From: Anaeramoeba ignava BMAN
Taxonomy: Eukaryota; Protista; Anaeramoebae
NCBI GenBank assembly: GCA_028826165.1
Contig: JAPDFW010000069.1
Span: forward strand, 372,001-436,000
Length of the DNA stretch: 64,000 nucleotides
Direction: 5' to 3'
The notes under the pieces are model-generated. The model saw only the letters and a program-made list of their open reading frames with translations. It ran no database searches and was not told the DNA's origin. Every line of letters starts with the position of its first letter. Position 1 is the stretch's first letter. Of the stretch, positions 49,601 to 62,200 are shown one piece after another. The position numbers and the translations under genes are program-made.

Positions 49601-50638
49601 GAACAATTCGAAGATGAAACTCCGCCAATCTTTCTGAATATTGTCGATTGGTTTTTCCAAGGAATTGTTCCAGCTTTACAAAAAATTAAAGTGCAAAAGA
49701 ATAAAGAACAGAATTCCGATGATATTGAACCAGAAATGATCAACAAAAATTTTGTGGAAAAAATTTCTGAACTTCTCTTTGTTATCATAACAGAAAGTGT
49801 TTCTTTAGGCATTTTGGATAGTAAAACTCGAAATGATATTTCTTCTCATTTCATTAATTTGCTTGAAGATGATCAATCAAATTTATTTATTGATTTTTTT
49901 CTCTCTCGTTTATTAAAGTTATTGTATCAATTAATTTTCAAAGAGATTGATCCACCAAGCAATCAGAATCAAACACAAAAACTGATGTTTTTAATATTTT
50001 CACTTATTCATTCACAACAAAATGAAAATGAAAACGAAAATGAAAACGAAAATGAAAACAAAAACAAAAACAAAAACAAAAATCAAAATATTAATGCAAA
50101 TCTGATGGATTCATTTTTATCGGAAATACTTACACTATTTTTGCAAAGAAACCGATTGAAGTTTATTATGGAAAGTTTTGTTCACTTCATCTTACAAATT
50201 GGTGAGAATAAATTAAATGAAATGGAAAATCAAGATGTTTTCTTTCAAAGTTTTGATGATTTTTCATTTTCAACTTTTTTGATTATGAAAACAATTTTAA
50301 GACGCAAAGATTTCACCAAAAATTTATTATTAAGAATAATACTTCCAATTTTGGAAAATGAACAAACAAAACCTGAACAATTATGGGGTCTAATTCAAAT
50401 TCTTCATTTAATTCAACAAAAGGAAAAAAATCAACAAGATGAATTGAAAAAGAAATTTCCCAACAAAGAATTTAAATTATTTAAATTTCCTGATCAAATT
50501 CTTAATCAATTACAATTAATTCGTGAATATATAAACAATAACAATAATAATGAAAATGAAAATGAAAATGAAAATGAACAAATTAATTTGGAAAATTGTG
50601 TTTCTTTAATGATTGAATCCTTTTTAGATTCAAATTAA
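46652..50638 (+). CDS. NCAPG2: Condensin II complex subunit G2
   Basis: GEIYFKAW, IEYSCIQDLM, GVDEMLLRLYEPILFRSL...NPLVRKNAA.L..DAFPL, VRSVAVQGVCRILS.FWELIP. Confidence 0.9.
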   Translation: MTTELTRKLIDSSQNNLDSFISFMVKLKTPLKEMIQTLNKRSSMKIWENLNHLFNKIIQENLYIFDTNIQNRIHYLKGLFHLATLIESFLEEKKQFLPNACFEMIVGLHDSIFLMRQERKNDPISYSTPTKKQEKNETNENENENENENENGKENTMEIEIQNEDLSKDQLDNLIEQENSKILLFQEKVVQICEKYYLLEKEERERIVPQMISYLVLVSLDLSAKPAHIKRLYSTRSSLLLLDFSDESTTWLKNLLLRCFISPLFLKTEEGKKFLVYLFGLYPPFIDQIHATIKNQLPVSSSAIIDIFGEIYFKAWKMAVSSYRVRIEYSCIQDLMNHAIHASTPKMTKVLHQLLSKIHTQKNFRGVDEMLLRLYEPILFRSLNVSNPLVRKNAALLLIDAFPLQDPDSLHEEIDQILQIQFDHLTNLMTDSCVPVRSVAVQGVCRILSIFWELIPSEISQSFLNLIFHDLIYDKSSSSFRVAVIKGISYLLDSHLVQTSLKKFLPSIRSMINDKVESVRLAFIHLLIQIKNLRFIKFYEVVPLKFLLYRLAKDNIFASQQGYPNQLSVGESIKKINSNADKIGERITSLLLSTYFPHETHHGSELIYRCLRLMKKNIVAAKIFFYYLTRVAPLDSICRLVILFMKILDRCYNTKMMGAEQSFLDVLKSTRNSTKPNQEQEQEQEQNDQEKEKEKEQNDQKKSKKRKSKRKKSKEERKREIEPSYKEFEFEFEPQILHIVSILVEGIEPSISDKKNKKLKDFLSNVFNNSFLSDFYDAFPSALTHSSILKIVSFHSDSSVIDISISKIKDLPNQDFSKLPLYYQDEVYYGSLVDCLVKNGKEVLLLNLIRDWILEPFSSMKKEAENEKKEKTKSKKRKSKAKSPEPNTSAEWKMLEQKAFVAIKLLDYMMKTESNRRVVVTHDEISDLIIVLQQYHLIISYRISSEKNQNFISDDLLLELLQVEGKSLISLFTQLSLEPLDPTEQFEDETPPIFLNIVDWFFQGIVPALQKIKVQKNKEQNSDDIEPEMINKNFVEKISELLFVIITESVSLGILDSKTRNDISSHFINLLEDDQSNLFIDFFLSRLLKLLYQLIFKEIDPPSNQNQTQKLMFLIFSLIHSQQNENENENENENENKNKNKNKNQNINANLMDSFLSEILTLFLQRNRLKFIMESFVHFILQIGENKLNEMENQDVFFQSFDDFSFSTFLIMKTILRRKDFTKNLLLRIILPILENEQTKPEQLWGLIQILHLIQQKEKNQQDELKKKFPNKEFKLFKFPDQILNQLQLIREYINNNNNNENENENENEQINLENCVSLMIESFLDSN

Positions 50639-50701
50639 AATTAAAAAAAATTTTTTTATTTTTATTTTTGATTAATTTCATTTTTTTATTTTCCAAAAAA
50701 A

Positions 50702-52485
50702 ATGAATGATATTTTCTTTTTTGGTGAAAATAAGCCTTTATTTTATCCAAATCAACCTCTTAAAATAATAAAACCAATTCAATTTAAATTTGAAAATGAA
50801 ACACAAATTAAACAAATTTCAACAGGTCAATTTGCAACAATTTTTCTTTTTAAAGATGGAAAAGCAATTCAATATTTAAAAGAAGAAAAAGATTTAAAAC
50901 AAAATATTGAAAAAATCCAAATTGAAGAAAATATTCAAAAAGTAACTGTTGGTTGGAGAAATGAAGCTATTTTAACAATAGAAGGAAATGTATTTGCAAA
51001 AGGAAAAGATATTAATTCAGAAAATCCAAATGAATTTATCAATATTTCATCATTAATTGAAGATAAAAATGATAGAATAATTGAAGATATTGTTTGTGGT
51101 TCAAGTTCAATTTACTTATTAACTTCAAATCAAAATGCTTATGGAATTGGTTCAAATTATTATGGCCAACTTGGTTTTCAAATTGCAAAAAAAGAAGAAA
51201 AACCAATTTTAATGATGAAAAATGTTTCTAAAATATTTTCAGGAAATTATTCAACTTCTGTTTTTCTTTTAAATTCAAATCAAGAATTATTTGGATGTGG
51301 ATATAACTTTTTTGGAAGACTTGGAATAAAAACGTTAGAAGGACAGTTTATTGGTAAATTAACCAAAATCCAAATATTCCAAAAGGTAAAATAATTGATA
51401 TTCAAATAGCATGGTTTCATTCAATAATGTTGATTGAAGATGAAAATGAAAATGAAAATCCAAAAAGAAAACTTTATTCATGTGGATGTTATCATTATAA
51501 TGGACTTGGACAAAATGAAGATGTGAATGAGTTTACTGAAATCAAATCATCTTTATTTGAAAATGATAATATTCTTGATTTTTCTGCAAGAGGAAATCAT
51601 ACTTTGATTTTAACTTCCAAAGGGAAATTAATCGGATTTGGAAGTAATTTTTCAGGTCAATTAGGAATTGAAAAGATAGAAAAACAAAATTTTCCAATTC
51701 AAATTGAACTTCCTAAATTAAGATTTAATGAAGATATTTCCAATTATCATGTTCATTGTGGACTTGAAAGATCATTTCTTTATTATTCTCCTTCTTTTTC
51801 CAATCTTGAAGAAGATTTGATAAAACTTTATCAAAGAAAAGAATTTTGTAATATTTCATTTAAAACCGAAAATGGAGAAATAATTGAAGCTCATAAATTA
51901 ATATTGAAATATAGATTAAATCAAAATCAAAATGAAATTGAAAAACTTCAAGAAATTATTTCAAAAATAAATCAATTCAAGAATCAAATCAAATATTTGA
52001 AATGATTTATTCAAATAATTCCAAAATAAATCCAAAATTATATTTAGAAATTAAAGAAATTATAAATTCAAATGAAAAAATTGAAGAAACAATGAAAAGA
52101 ATTTATTTAAATGAAAAAGAAAATGAAAAAGATTTTATAATTGAAAGAAAAGAAAAACAATATAAATTTCCAAAATTAATATTAATAATGAGAAGTGAAT
52201 TATATCGAGGAATGTTTTTATCTGTTACAGAAGATACTTCTAATAAAGTTACAGATTATAGTGAATTAAGTAATAAATCATTTCAAATATTTGAATATTG
52301 GATTTATTCAAATCAAATTAAAGAAGGAATTCAAATTACACAAGAAATAATTAAAGAAATTGAAACTAGGAATCGATTATTTTCAATTAAATCAAACAAA
52401 TCCAAATTTATTTGATTTATTAATTAACAAATTTAATGATGAAAAGAAGAAGAAAAATGAAAAAGAGAATTGTTTAATTTTTTAA
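50702..52485 (+). CDS. RCC1-BTB-BTB copy 4 with CaaX tail (frameshifts near 51373, 51967, 52368)
   Basis: Three ORFs plus a terminal segment GIDYFQLNQTNPNLFDLLINKFNDEKKKKNEKENCLIF* ending 52485. Confidence 0.8.
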
Positions 52486-52494
52486 ACAATAAAC

Positions 52495-55400
52495 TTATAT
52501 AAAAATTGGGATAAATAATTAATAATAAATTAATTATAAAATTATTTATTTATATTATAATTTAAAATAATTATTAATTTAGAATTAATTTTATTTAATT
52601 TATTTATTATTAATTTATTATTAAATTTAATTTTATTTTTTATTTAATTTATATAAAAATTGAGATAAATAATTAATAATAAATTAATTATAAAATTATT
52701 TATTTATATTATAATTTAAAATAATTATTAATTTAGAATTAATTTTATTTAATTTATTTATTATTAATTTATTATTAAATTTGATTTTTATTTTTTATTT
52801 AATTTATATAAAAATTGAGATAAATAATTAATAATAAATTAATTATAAAATTATTTATTTATATTATAATTAAAATATTTATTAATTTAGAATTAATTTT
52901 ATTTAATTTATTTATTATTAATTTATTATTAAATTTGATTTTTACTTTTTATTTAATTTATATAAAAATTGGGATAAATAATTAATAATAAATTATTTAT
53001 AAAATTATTTATTTATATTATAATTAAAATAATTATTAATTTAGAATTAATTTTATTTAATTTATTTATTATTAATTTATTATTAAATTTGATTTTATTT
53101 TTATTTAATTTATATAAAAATTGAGATATATAATTAATAATAAATTAATTATAAAATTATTTATTTATATTATATTTAAAATAATTATTAATTTAGAATT
53201 AATTTTATTTAATTTATTTATTATTAATTTATTATTAAATTTGATTTTTATTTTTTATTTAATTTATATAAAAATTGGGATAAATAATTAATAATAAATT
53301 AATTATAAAATTATTTATTTATATTATATTTAAAATAATTTATTAATTTAGAATTAATTTTATTTAATTTATTTATTATTAATTTATTATTAAATTTTTA
53401 TTAAATTTTTTATTTAATTTATATAAAAATTAAGATAAATAATTAATAATAAATTAATTATAAAATTATTTATTTATATTATAATTAAAATAATTATTAA
53501 TTTGGAATTAATTTTATTTAATTTATTTATTATTAATTTATTATTAAATTTAATTTTTATTTTTTATTTAATTTATATAAAAATTAAGATATATAATTAA
53601 TAATAAATTATTTATAAAATTATTTATTTATATTATATTTAAAATAATTATTAATTTAGAATTAATATTATTTAATTTATTTATTATTAATTTATTATTA
53701 AATTTTTATTTAATTTATATAAAAATTGAGATAAATAATTAATAATAAATTAATTATAAAATTATTTATTTATATTATAATTAAAATATTTATTAATTTG
53801 GAATTAATTTTATTTAATTTATTTATTATTAATTTATTATTAAATTTAATTTTACTTTTTATTTAATTTATATAAAAATTAAGATAAATAATTAATAATA
53901 AATTAATTATAAAATTATTTATTTATATTATAATTAAAATAATTATTAATTTAGAATTAATATTATTTAATTTATTTATTATTAATTTATTATTAAATTT
54001 GATTTTTATTTTTTATTTAATTTATATAAAAATTGGGATATATAATTAATAATAAATTAATTATAAAATTATTTATTTATATTATAATTAAAATAATTAT
54101 TAATTTAGAATTAATTTTATTTAATTTATTTATTATTAATTTATTATTAAATTTGATTTTATACTTTTTATTTAATTTATATAAAAATTGAGATAAATAA
54201 TTAATAATAAATTAATTATAAAATTATTTATTTATATTATATTTAAAAATATTTATTAATTTAGAATTAATTTTATTTATTTTATTTATTATTAATTTAT
54301 TATTAAATTTTTTCCCATTTTTAATTTATATAAAAATTAAGATATATAATTAATAATAAATTAATTATAAAATTATTTATTTATATTATAATTAAAATAA
54401 TTATTAATTTAGAATTAATATTATTTTATTAAATTTATTATTAATTTATTATTAAATTTGATTTTTATTTTTTATTTAATTTATATAAAAATTGAGATAT
54501 ATAATTAATAATAAATTAATTATAAAATTATTTATTTATATTATAATTAAAATATTTATTAATTTAGAATTAATTTTATTTAATTTATTTATTATTAATT
54601 TATTATTAAATTTCATTTTACTTTTTATTTAATTTATATAAAAATTGAGATAAATAATTAATAATAAATTAATTATAAAATTATTTATTTATATTATAAT
54701 TTAAAATAATTATTAATTTGGAATTAATTTTATTTAATTTATTTATTATTAATTTATTATTAAATTTGATTTTATTTTTTATTTAATTTATATAAAAATT
54801 GAGATAAATAATTAATAATAAATTAATTATAAAATTATTTATTTATATTATAATTTAAAATATTTATTAATTTAGAATTAATATTATTTAATTTATTTTA
54901 TTATTATTAATTTATTATTAAATTTGATTTTACTTTTTATTTAATTTATATAAAAATTAAGATAAATAATTAATAATAAATTAATTATAAAATTATTTAT
55001 TTATATTATAATTAAAATATTTATTAATTTAGAATTAATTTTATTTAATTTATTTATTATTAATTTATTATTAAATTTGATTTTACTTTTTATTTAATTT
55101 ATATAAAAATTGGGATAAATAATTAATAATAAATTAATTATAAAATTATTTATTTATATTATAATTAAAATATTTATTAATTTAGAATTAATTTTATTTA
55201 TTTTATTTATTATTAATTTATTATTAAATTTGATTTTACTTTTTATTTAATTTATATAAAAATTGAAATAAATAATTAATAATAAATTAATTATAAAATT
55301 ATTTATTTATATTATATTTAAAATAATTATTAATTTAGAATTAATTTTATTTAATTTATTTATTATTAATTTATTATTAAATTTCATTTTATATTTTTAT

Positions 55401-55860
55401 TTAATTTATATAAAAATTAAGATAAATAATTAATAATAAATTAATTATAAAAATTATTTATTTATATTATAATTTAAAATAATTATTAATTTAGAATTAA
55501 TTTTATTTTAATTTATTTATTATTAATTTATTATTAAATTTTTATTAAATTTTTATTTAATTTATATAAAAATTGGGATAAATAATTAATAATAAATTAA
55601 TTATAAAATTATTTATTTATATTATAATTAAAATAATTATTAATTTAGAATTAATTTTATTTATTTTTATTTATTATTAATTTATTATTAAATTTCATTT
55701 TACTTTTTATTTAATTTATATAAAAATTAAGATATATAATTAATAATAAATTAATTATAAAATTATTTATTTATATTATAATTAAAATAATTATTAATTT
55801 AGAATTAATATTATTTAATTTATTTATTATTAATTTATTATTAAATTTGATTTTATTTTT
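52495..55860. repeat. AT satellite array 3, unit about 154 bp, about 22 copies
   Basis: aaaaattg(g/a)gataaataattaataataaatt...atttagaattaa recurs about every 154 bp. Confidence 0.9.
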
Positions 55861-56100
55861 TTTCCCATTTTTTAATTTTCTTTTTTAAAATTTATTTTTA
55901 GAAAGAGTTTTAAATTGAATATTAATTCAATCTTATTCAAAAATAAAGTAAAAAAATTAATAAAATTATTACACGTGTATAATCAAAGATCTTACGAAAT
56001 GATCAAAATAAAAAGAAAAACAATTTTTTTTTAATTTTTTTTTTTCATTTTTTTATTTTTTTTTATTTACAAAAAAATTAAAAATTAAAAATTAAAATAA

Positions 56101-56941
56101 ATGTCTTTTCAACAATTTACAAATAATTCATTTAGACACAATCAAAGAAAAAACAAAAATACAAAAAAAAATATAAAAAAAAATTTGGTAAATAAATAAC
56201 ACACAATAACACACAATAACATAAAAGAATCAAGTTCTAACTTTAATAAACAAAGCAACAAAGCAACAAAGAAAACAAAATAAAACAAAATAAATTAAAT
56301 TTAAACAAAATTTAAACAAAATTATTGGAACTTCTGATTTTAACAAATTATTTCACACTTTTTTTTTTTAAAAAAAAAATGATTGATGATTTTAACAAAA
56401 ATTTCTAAACTCATTTTAAATCTTTTATATCTCTATATTTTTTTTTTCTCCGTTCTTTTACAAAAACAAACAGAAACCAAAACGAACGAAAACTATTCAA
56501 TTTCCAAATCAAACAACAAACCAAATTCAAAAGCCAAAAACTTTAGATCAAATAAAAATGGAAAAACAAGAAAAACAAAATCAATCTCGAAAAAGAAACA
56601 TTGATAATTCTGAACTGAAAAAAGAAATTTCAATGCAAATGCAAATTCAAATGAAATCTCCGCAAAAATCTTCTCCAAATGAACAAATAGATTTACAAAA
56701 TGAAACTTTATCTATATTACATCCAGATGAGAAGCTTTTAATTGAACAAAAAAGATCTAAATTTAGTGTTGATTCAAAACAAAATGCAATTCTTGATTCT
56801 CAAATTTTTAAGCATAATGAAAGTTGGAAAAGTGAATTTGAAACTTTTGATTTCTCAAGTATTGAGGAACAATTAAAAGAAAATATTTTTAATTTTTATG
56901 ATCAATTAGAATCAGAAATTATGTCAATTTTTACAAACTGA
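56101..56941 (+). CDS. Hypothetical protein, 2 exons
   Basis: Exon1 56101-56187 (MSFQQFTNNSF...), phase-0 intron 56188-56473 (GT..cag), exon2 in frame with ORF 56558; TTTCATTTT upstream. Confidence 0.55.
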
Positions 56942-57604
56942 AAAAAAAAATATTAACAAAAAGAAGAAGAGAAGATCAAGAATAACTTTTTTTTTATCAA
57001 AAAAAAAACATCTGTTAAATTTTTATCTTTAGTTGATTGATTTAATTTATATTTTTTTTTCTCAAATTTTATGGAATTTATTTATTTATTCCTTATTCTT
57101 CATTCTTATTTTCTTTCACTTCTGATAAAGATTCTTATAAAGATTCTTATTTGATCGTGTATGATAAAGAAATCAAAAAAAAAAAAATTGAATAAAAAAC
57201 AACAAATGAAACAAACAAAGAAAATAGATGTCAAGTTCTACATTTCCTTTCCAAATTTCAATTTTTCACAATTTTTTTTTTCAAAAGACACAAATCAAAT
57301 TTAAAAGAAAAAACAAAAGAAAAATTATTTAAATTCGAATTGGTTGCTTATTAATTTAATTTAATTTAATTTAATTTAATTTAATTTACTATTATTAATT
57401 TTGTTACTTATTCTCCAATATTCGATTTTCCAAACAAAAAATTTTTTTACCAATTTACAATTTACAATTTCAAATATTTTTTTTACATATTATATATATC
57501 TCTCTCCATTTCTGAATTTCTATTTATATTTTTATCAAACAATTTAGATCTTTCAAAGCCAAAGAATTAAATACAAATCAATTTTATATTTCCAAATGAT
57601 TTAA

Positions 57605-58415
57605 CAAAACAAAAATATATATATAAATCAAAATAGATAAGAAGAAGAACAAAAGAACAAAAGAAACCAAAATATTATTTATATTTACAAAGTGTTGATT
57701 TAAACTGCTTTTCATTTCATTACATTTTATTATATAAATTGAGTGACTTTTTATTTTCAAAAAACAAAAAACAAAAAACAAAAATATATATAAATCAAAA
57801 TAGATAAAAAGAAGAACAAAAGAACAAAAGAAACCAAAATATTATTTATATTTACAAAGTGTTGATTTAAATTGCTTTTCATTTCATTTCATTTCATTTT
57901 ATTATATAAATTGAGTGACTTTTTATTTTCAAAACAAAAAACAAAAAAAAAAACAAAAATATATATATAAATCAAAATAGATAAGAAGAAGAACAAAAGA
58001 ACAAAAGAAACCAAAATATTATTTATATTTACAAAGTGTTGATTTAAATTGCTTTTCATTTCATTTCATTTTATTATATAAATTGAGTGACTTTTTATTT
58101 CCAAAAACAAAAAACAAAAACAAAAATATATAAATCAAAATAGATAAGAAGAAGAACAAAAGAACAAAAGAAACCAAAATAATATTTATATTTACAAAGT
58201 GTTGATTTAAATTGCTTTTCATTTCATTTCATTTTATTATACAAATTGAGTGACTTTTTATTTCCAAAAAACAAAAAACAAAAAACAAAAAACAAAAACA
58301 AATACATATATAAATCAAAATAGATAAGAAGAAGAACAAAAGAACAAAAGAAACCAAAACAATACTTATATTTACAAAGTGTTGATTTAAATTGCATTTC
58401 ATTTTATAAACTGAG
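57605..58415. repeat. Tandem repeat, unit about 165-180 bp, about 4.6 copies
   Basis: aaaatagataagaagaagaacaaaagaacaaaagaaacc...caaagtgttgatttaaa...ttgagtgac repeated. Confidence 0.9.
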
Positions 58416-59239
58416 TTTTCATATAGAAAAAAAGAGAGAGATAAAATATCATTTTATTATTTTCAATTCACAAAGAACAAATAGGAGAAAATTTTCAACA
58501 AAATTTTTCAAATCAATTCAGCATACAGACATATTTTTTTTCCAGCAATTTAATTTATATTTACATTTATATTTATATTTACGTTCTAGATGGTTGTTAC
58601 TTTTCAATTTATTTGAATTAATTATTATTATTTATTATTATTACAATTAATTAATTAGTTGGTTTATTATTTATTTATTTATTTAAATTCAAGTGCATTC
58701 AAATTCAAGTTCATGATTTAATTTTATTAATTTCAACTTTAATTTTAATTTTTATATTGCAAGTTTATTCAAATTTATTATTTATATTTTAATTATTTAA
58801 TTATTTAATTATTTAAAGAAATGTTAAATTAGGTTGTAGATTCGGTAAGTTTTTATTTTTTTTTAATTTTAATTTTAATTATTTTATAATTATTTTAGTA
58901 GTTCATTTATAAATTTATTATTTAATTTACAATATTCACAAATGAATTTTATTAAGAAGGATTGCAAATAAAAAAAAACAAAATATAATTATTTATCAAT
59001 TTAAAATTAGTTTAGAAATTAGTTATTTATTTATTAATTTATTTATAAAAGAAGATTCAAGTTTATACAATTATTTAAATTTATTCAACATCAACAACAA
59101 AATATTACAAGAACGATTTAATCAGATTTATTAAATTTATTTTCAAATTCAAAATTAAATATTCAATATTTAATTTAATCAAATTTAATTACCAGTTTAT
59201 GATTTAATATAATTTTAATTTAAGTCAATTATCAAATAC

Positions 59240-62200
59240 AATTTAAACATCAATTTCTCCTATTTCCAAATATCAATTATCAAATATCAATTTAAACAGT
59301 TTCTTTATTTTCAATTTAATTATCAATTTAAATATCAATTTCTCCTTATTTCCAAATATTAATTATCAATTTAATTATCAATTTCTCCTTATTTCCAAAT
59401 ATCAATTATCAATTATCAATTTAAACAGTTCTTTATTTCCAATTTAATTATCAATTTAAACAGTTCTTTATTTCCAAATATCAATTATTAATTATCAATT
59501 TAAACAGTTTCTTTATTTCCAAATATCAATTTAAACAGTTTCTTTATTTTCAATTTAATTATCAATTTAAACAGTTCCTTATTTCCAATTTAATTATCAA
59601 TTTCTCCTTATTTCCAAATATCAATTATCAATTTAATTATCAATTTCTCCTATTTCCAAATATTAATTATTAATTATCAATTTAAACAGTTTCTTTATTT
59701 CCAATTTAATTATCAATTTAAACAGTTCTTTATTTTCCAATTTAAAATTATCAATTTCTCCTATTTCCAAATATCAATTATCAATTTAATTATCAATTTC
59801 TCCTTATTTCCAAATATCAATTATTAATTATCAATTTAAACAGTTTCTTTATTTCCAATTTAATTATCAATTTAAACAGTTCTTTATTTTCCAATTTAAT
59901 TATCAATTATCAATTTCTCCTATTTCCAAATATCAATTATCAATTTAAACAGTTCTTATTTCCAAATATCAATTATCAATTTAAACAGTTCTTTATTTCC
60001 AAATATTAATTATCAATTTAATTATCAATTTAAACAGTTCTTTATTTTCAATTTAATTATCAATTTAAACATCAATTTCTTCTATTTCCAAATATCAATT
60101 ATTAATTATCAATTTAAACAGTTCTTTATTTTCAATTTAATTATCAATTTAAACAGTTCTTTATTTTCAATTTAATTATCAAATATCAATTTAAACAGTT
60201 TCTTTATTTTCAATTTAATTATCAATTTAAACAGTTTCTTTATTTCCAATTTAATTATCAATTTAAACAGTTCTTTATTTTCCAATTTAATTATCAATTA
60301 TCAATTTCTCCTTATTTCCAAATATCAATTATCAATTTAATTATCAATTTCTCCTTATTTCCAAATATCAATTATTAATTATCAATTTAAACAGTTTCTT
60401 TATTTCCAAATATCAATTTAAACAGTTCTTTATTTCCAAATATCAATTATCAATTATTAATTTAAACAGTTCTTTATTTCCAAATATCAATTATTAATTA
60501 TCAATTTAAACAGTTTCTTTATTTCCAAATATCAATTTAAACAGTTCTTTATTTCCAAATATCAATTATCAATTTAAACAGTTCTTTATTTTCAATTTAA
60601 TTATCAATTTCTCCTATTTCCAATTTAATTATCAATTATCAATTTAAACAGTTTCTTTATTTCCAAATATCAATTATCAATTATCAATTTCTTCTTATTT
60701 CCAAATATCAATTATCAATTATCAATTTAATTATCAATTTCTCCTTATTTCCAATTTAATTATCAATTTCTCCTTATTTCCAAATATCAATTATCAATTA
60801 TCAATTTAATTATCAATTTAAGCAGTTTCTTTATTTCCAATTTAATTATCAATTTAATTATCAATTTAAACAGTTCTTTATTTCCAATTTAATTATCAAT
60901 TTAAACAGTTCTTTATTTCCAATTTAATTATCAATTTAAACAGTTCTTTATTTTCCAATTTAATTATCAATTTAAACAGTTCTTCTATTTCCAAATATCA
61001 ATTATCAATTTAATTATCAATTTCTCCTTATTTTCAAATATTATCAATTATTAATTATCAATTTCTCCTTATTTCCAAATATCAATTATCAATTTAAACA
61101 GTTCTTTATTTTCCAATTTAATTATCAATTTAATTATCAATTTAAACAGTTTCTTTATTTTCAATTTAATTATCAATTTAAACAGTTCTTTATTTCCAAA
61201 TATCAATTATCAATTATCAATTATTAATTATCAATTTAAACAGTTCTTTATTTTCCAATTTAATTATCAATTTAAACAGTTCTTTATTTCCAATTTAATT
61301 ATCAATTTCTCCTTATTTCCAAATATCAATTATTAAATATCAATTTAATTATCAATTTAAACAGTTTCTTTATTTCCAATTTAATTATCAATTTCTCCTA
61401 TTTCCAAATATCAAATATCAATTTAATTATCAATTTAAACAGTTCTTATTTCCAATTATCAATTATTAATTATCAATTTCTCCTATTTCCAAATATTAAT
61501 TATCAATTATCAATTTAATTATCAATTTCTCCTATTTCCAAATATCAATTATCAATTATCAATTTAAACAGTTCTTTATTTCCAATTTAATTATCAATTT
61601 CTCCTTATTTCCAAATATTAATTATCAATTATCAATTTAATTATCAATTTAATTATCAATTTCTCCTATTTCCAAATATCAATTATTAATTATCAATTTA
61701 AACAGTTTCTTTATTTTCAATTTAATTATCAATTTAAACAGTTCCTTATTTCCAAATATCAATTATTAATTATCAATTTAAACAGTTTCTTTATTTTCAA
61801 TTTAATTATCAATTTAAACAGTTCCTTATTTCCAATTTAATTATCAATTTCTCCTTATTTCCAAATATCAATTATCAATTATTAATTATCAATTTCTCCT
61901 TATTTCCAAATATCAATTATCAATTTAAACAGTTCTTTATTTTCCAATTTAATTATCAATTTAATTATCAATTTAAACAGTTTCTTTATTTCCAATTTAA
62001 TTATCAATTTAAACAGTTCTTTATTTTCAATTTAATTATCAATTTAAACAGTTCTTTATTTCCAAATATTAATTATCAATTATCAATTATTAATTATCAA
62101 TTTAAACAGTTCTTTATTTTCCAATTTAATTATCAATTTAATTATCAATTTAAACAGTTTCTTTATTTCCAATTTAATTATCAATTTAATTATCAATTTA

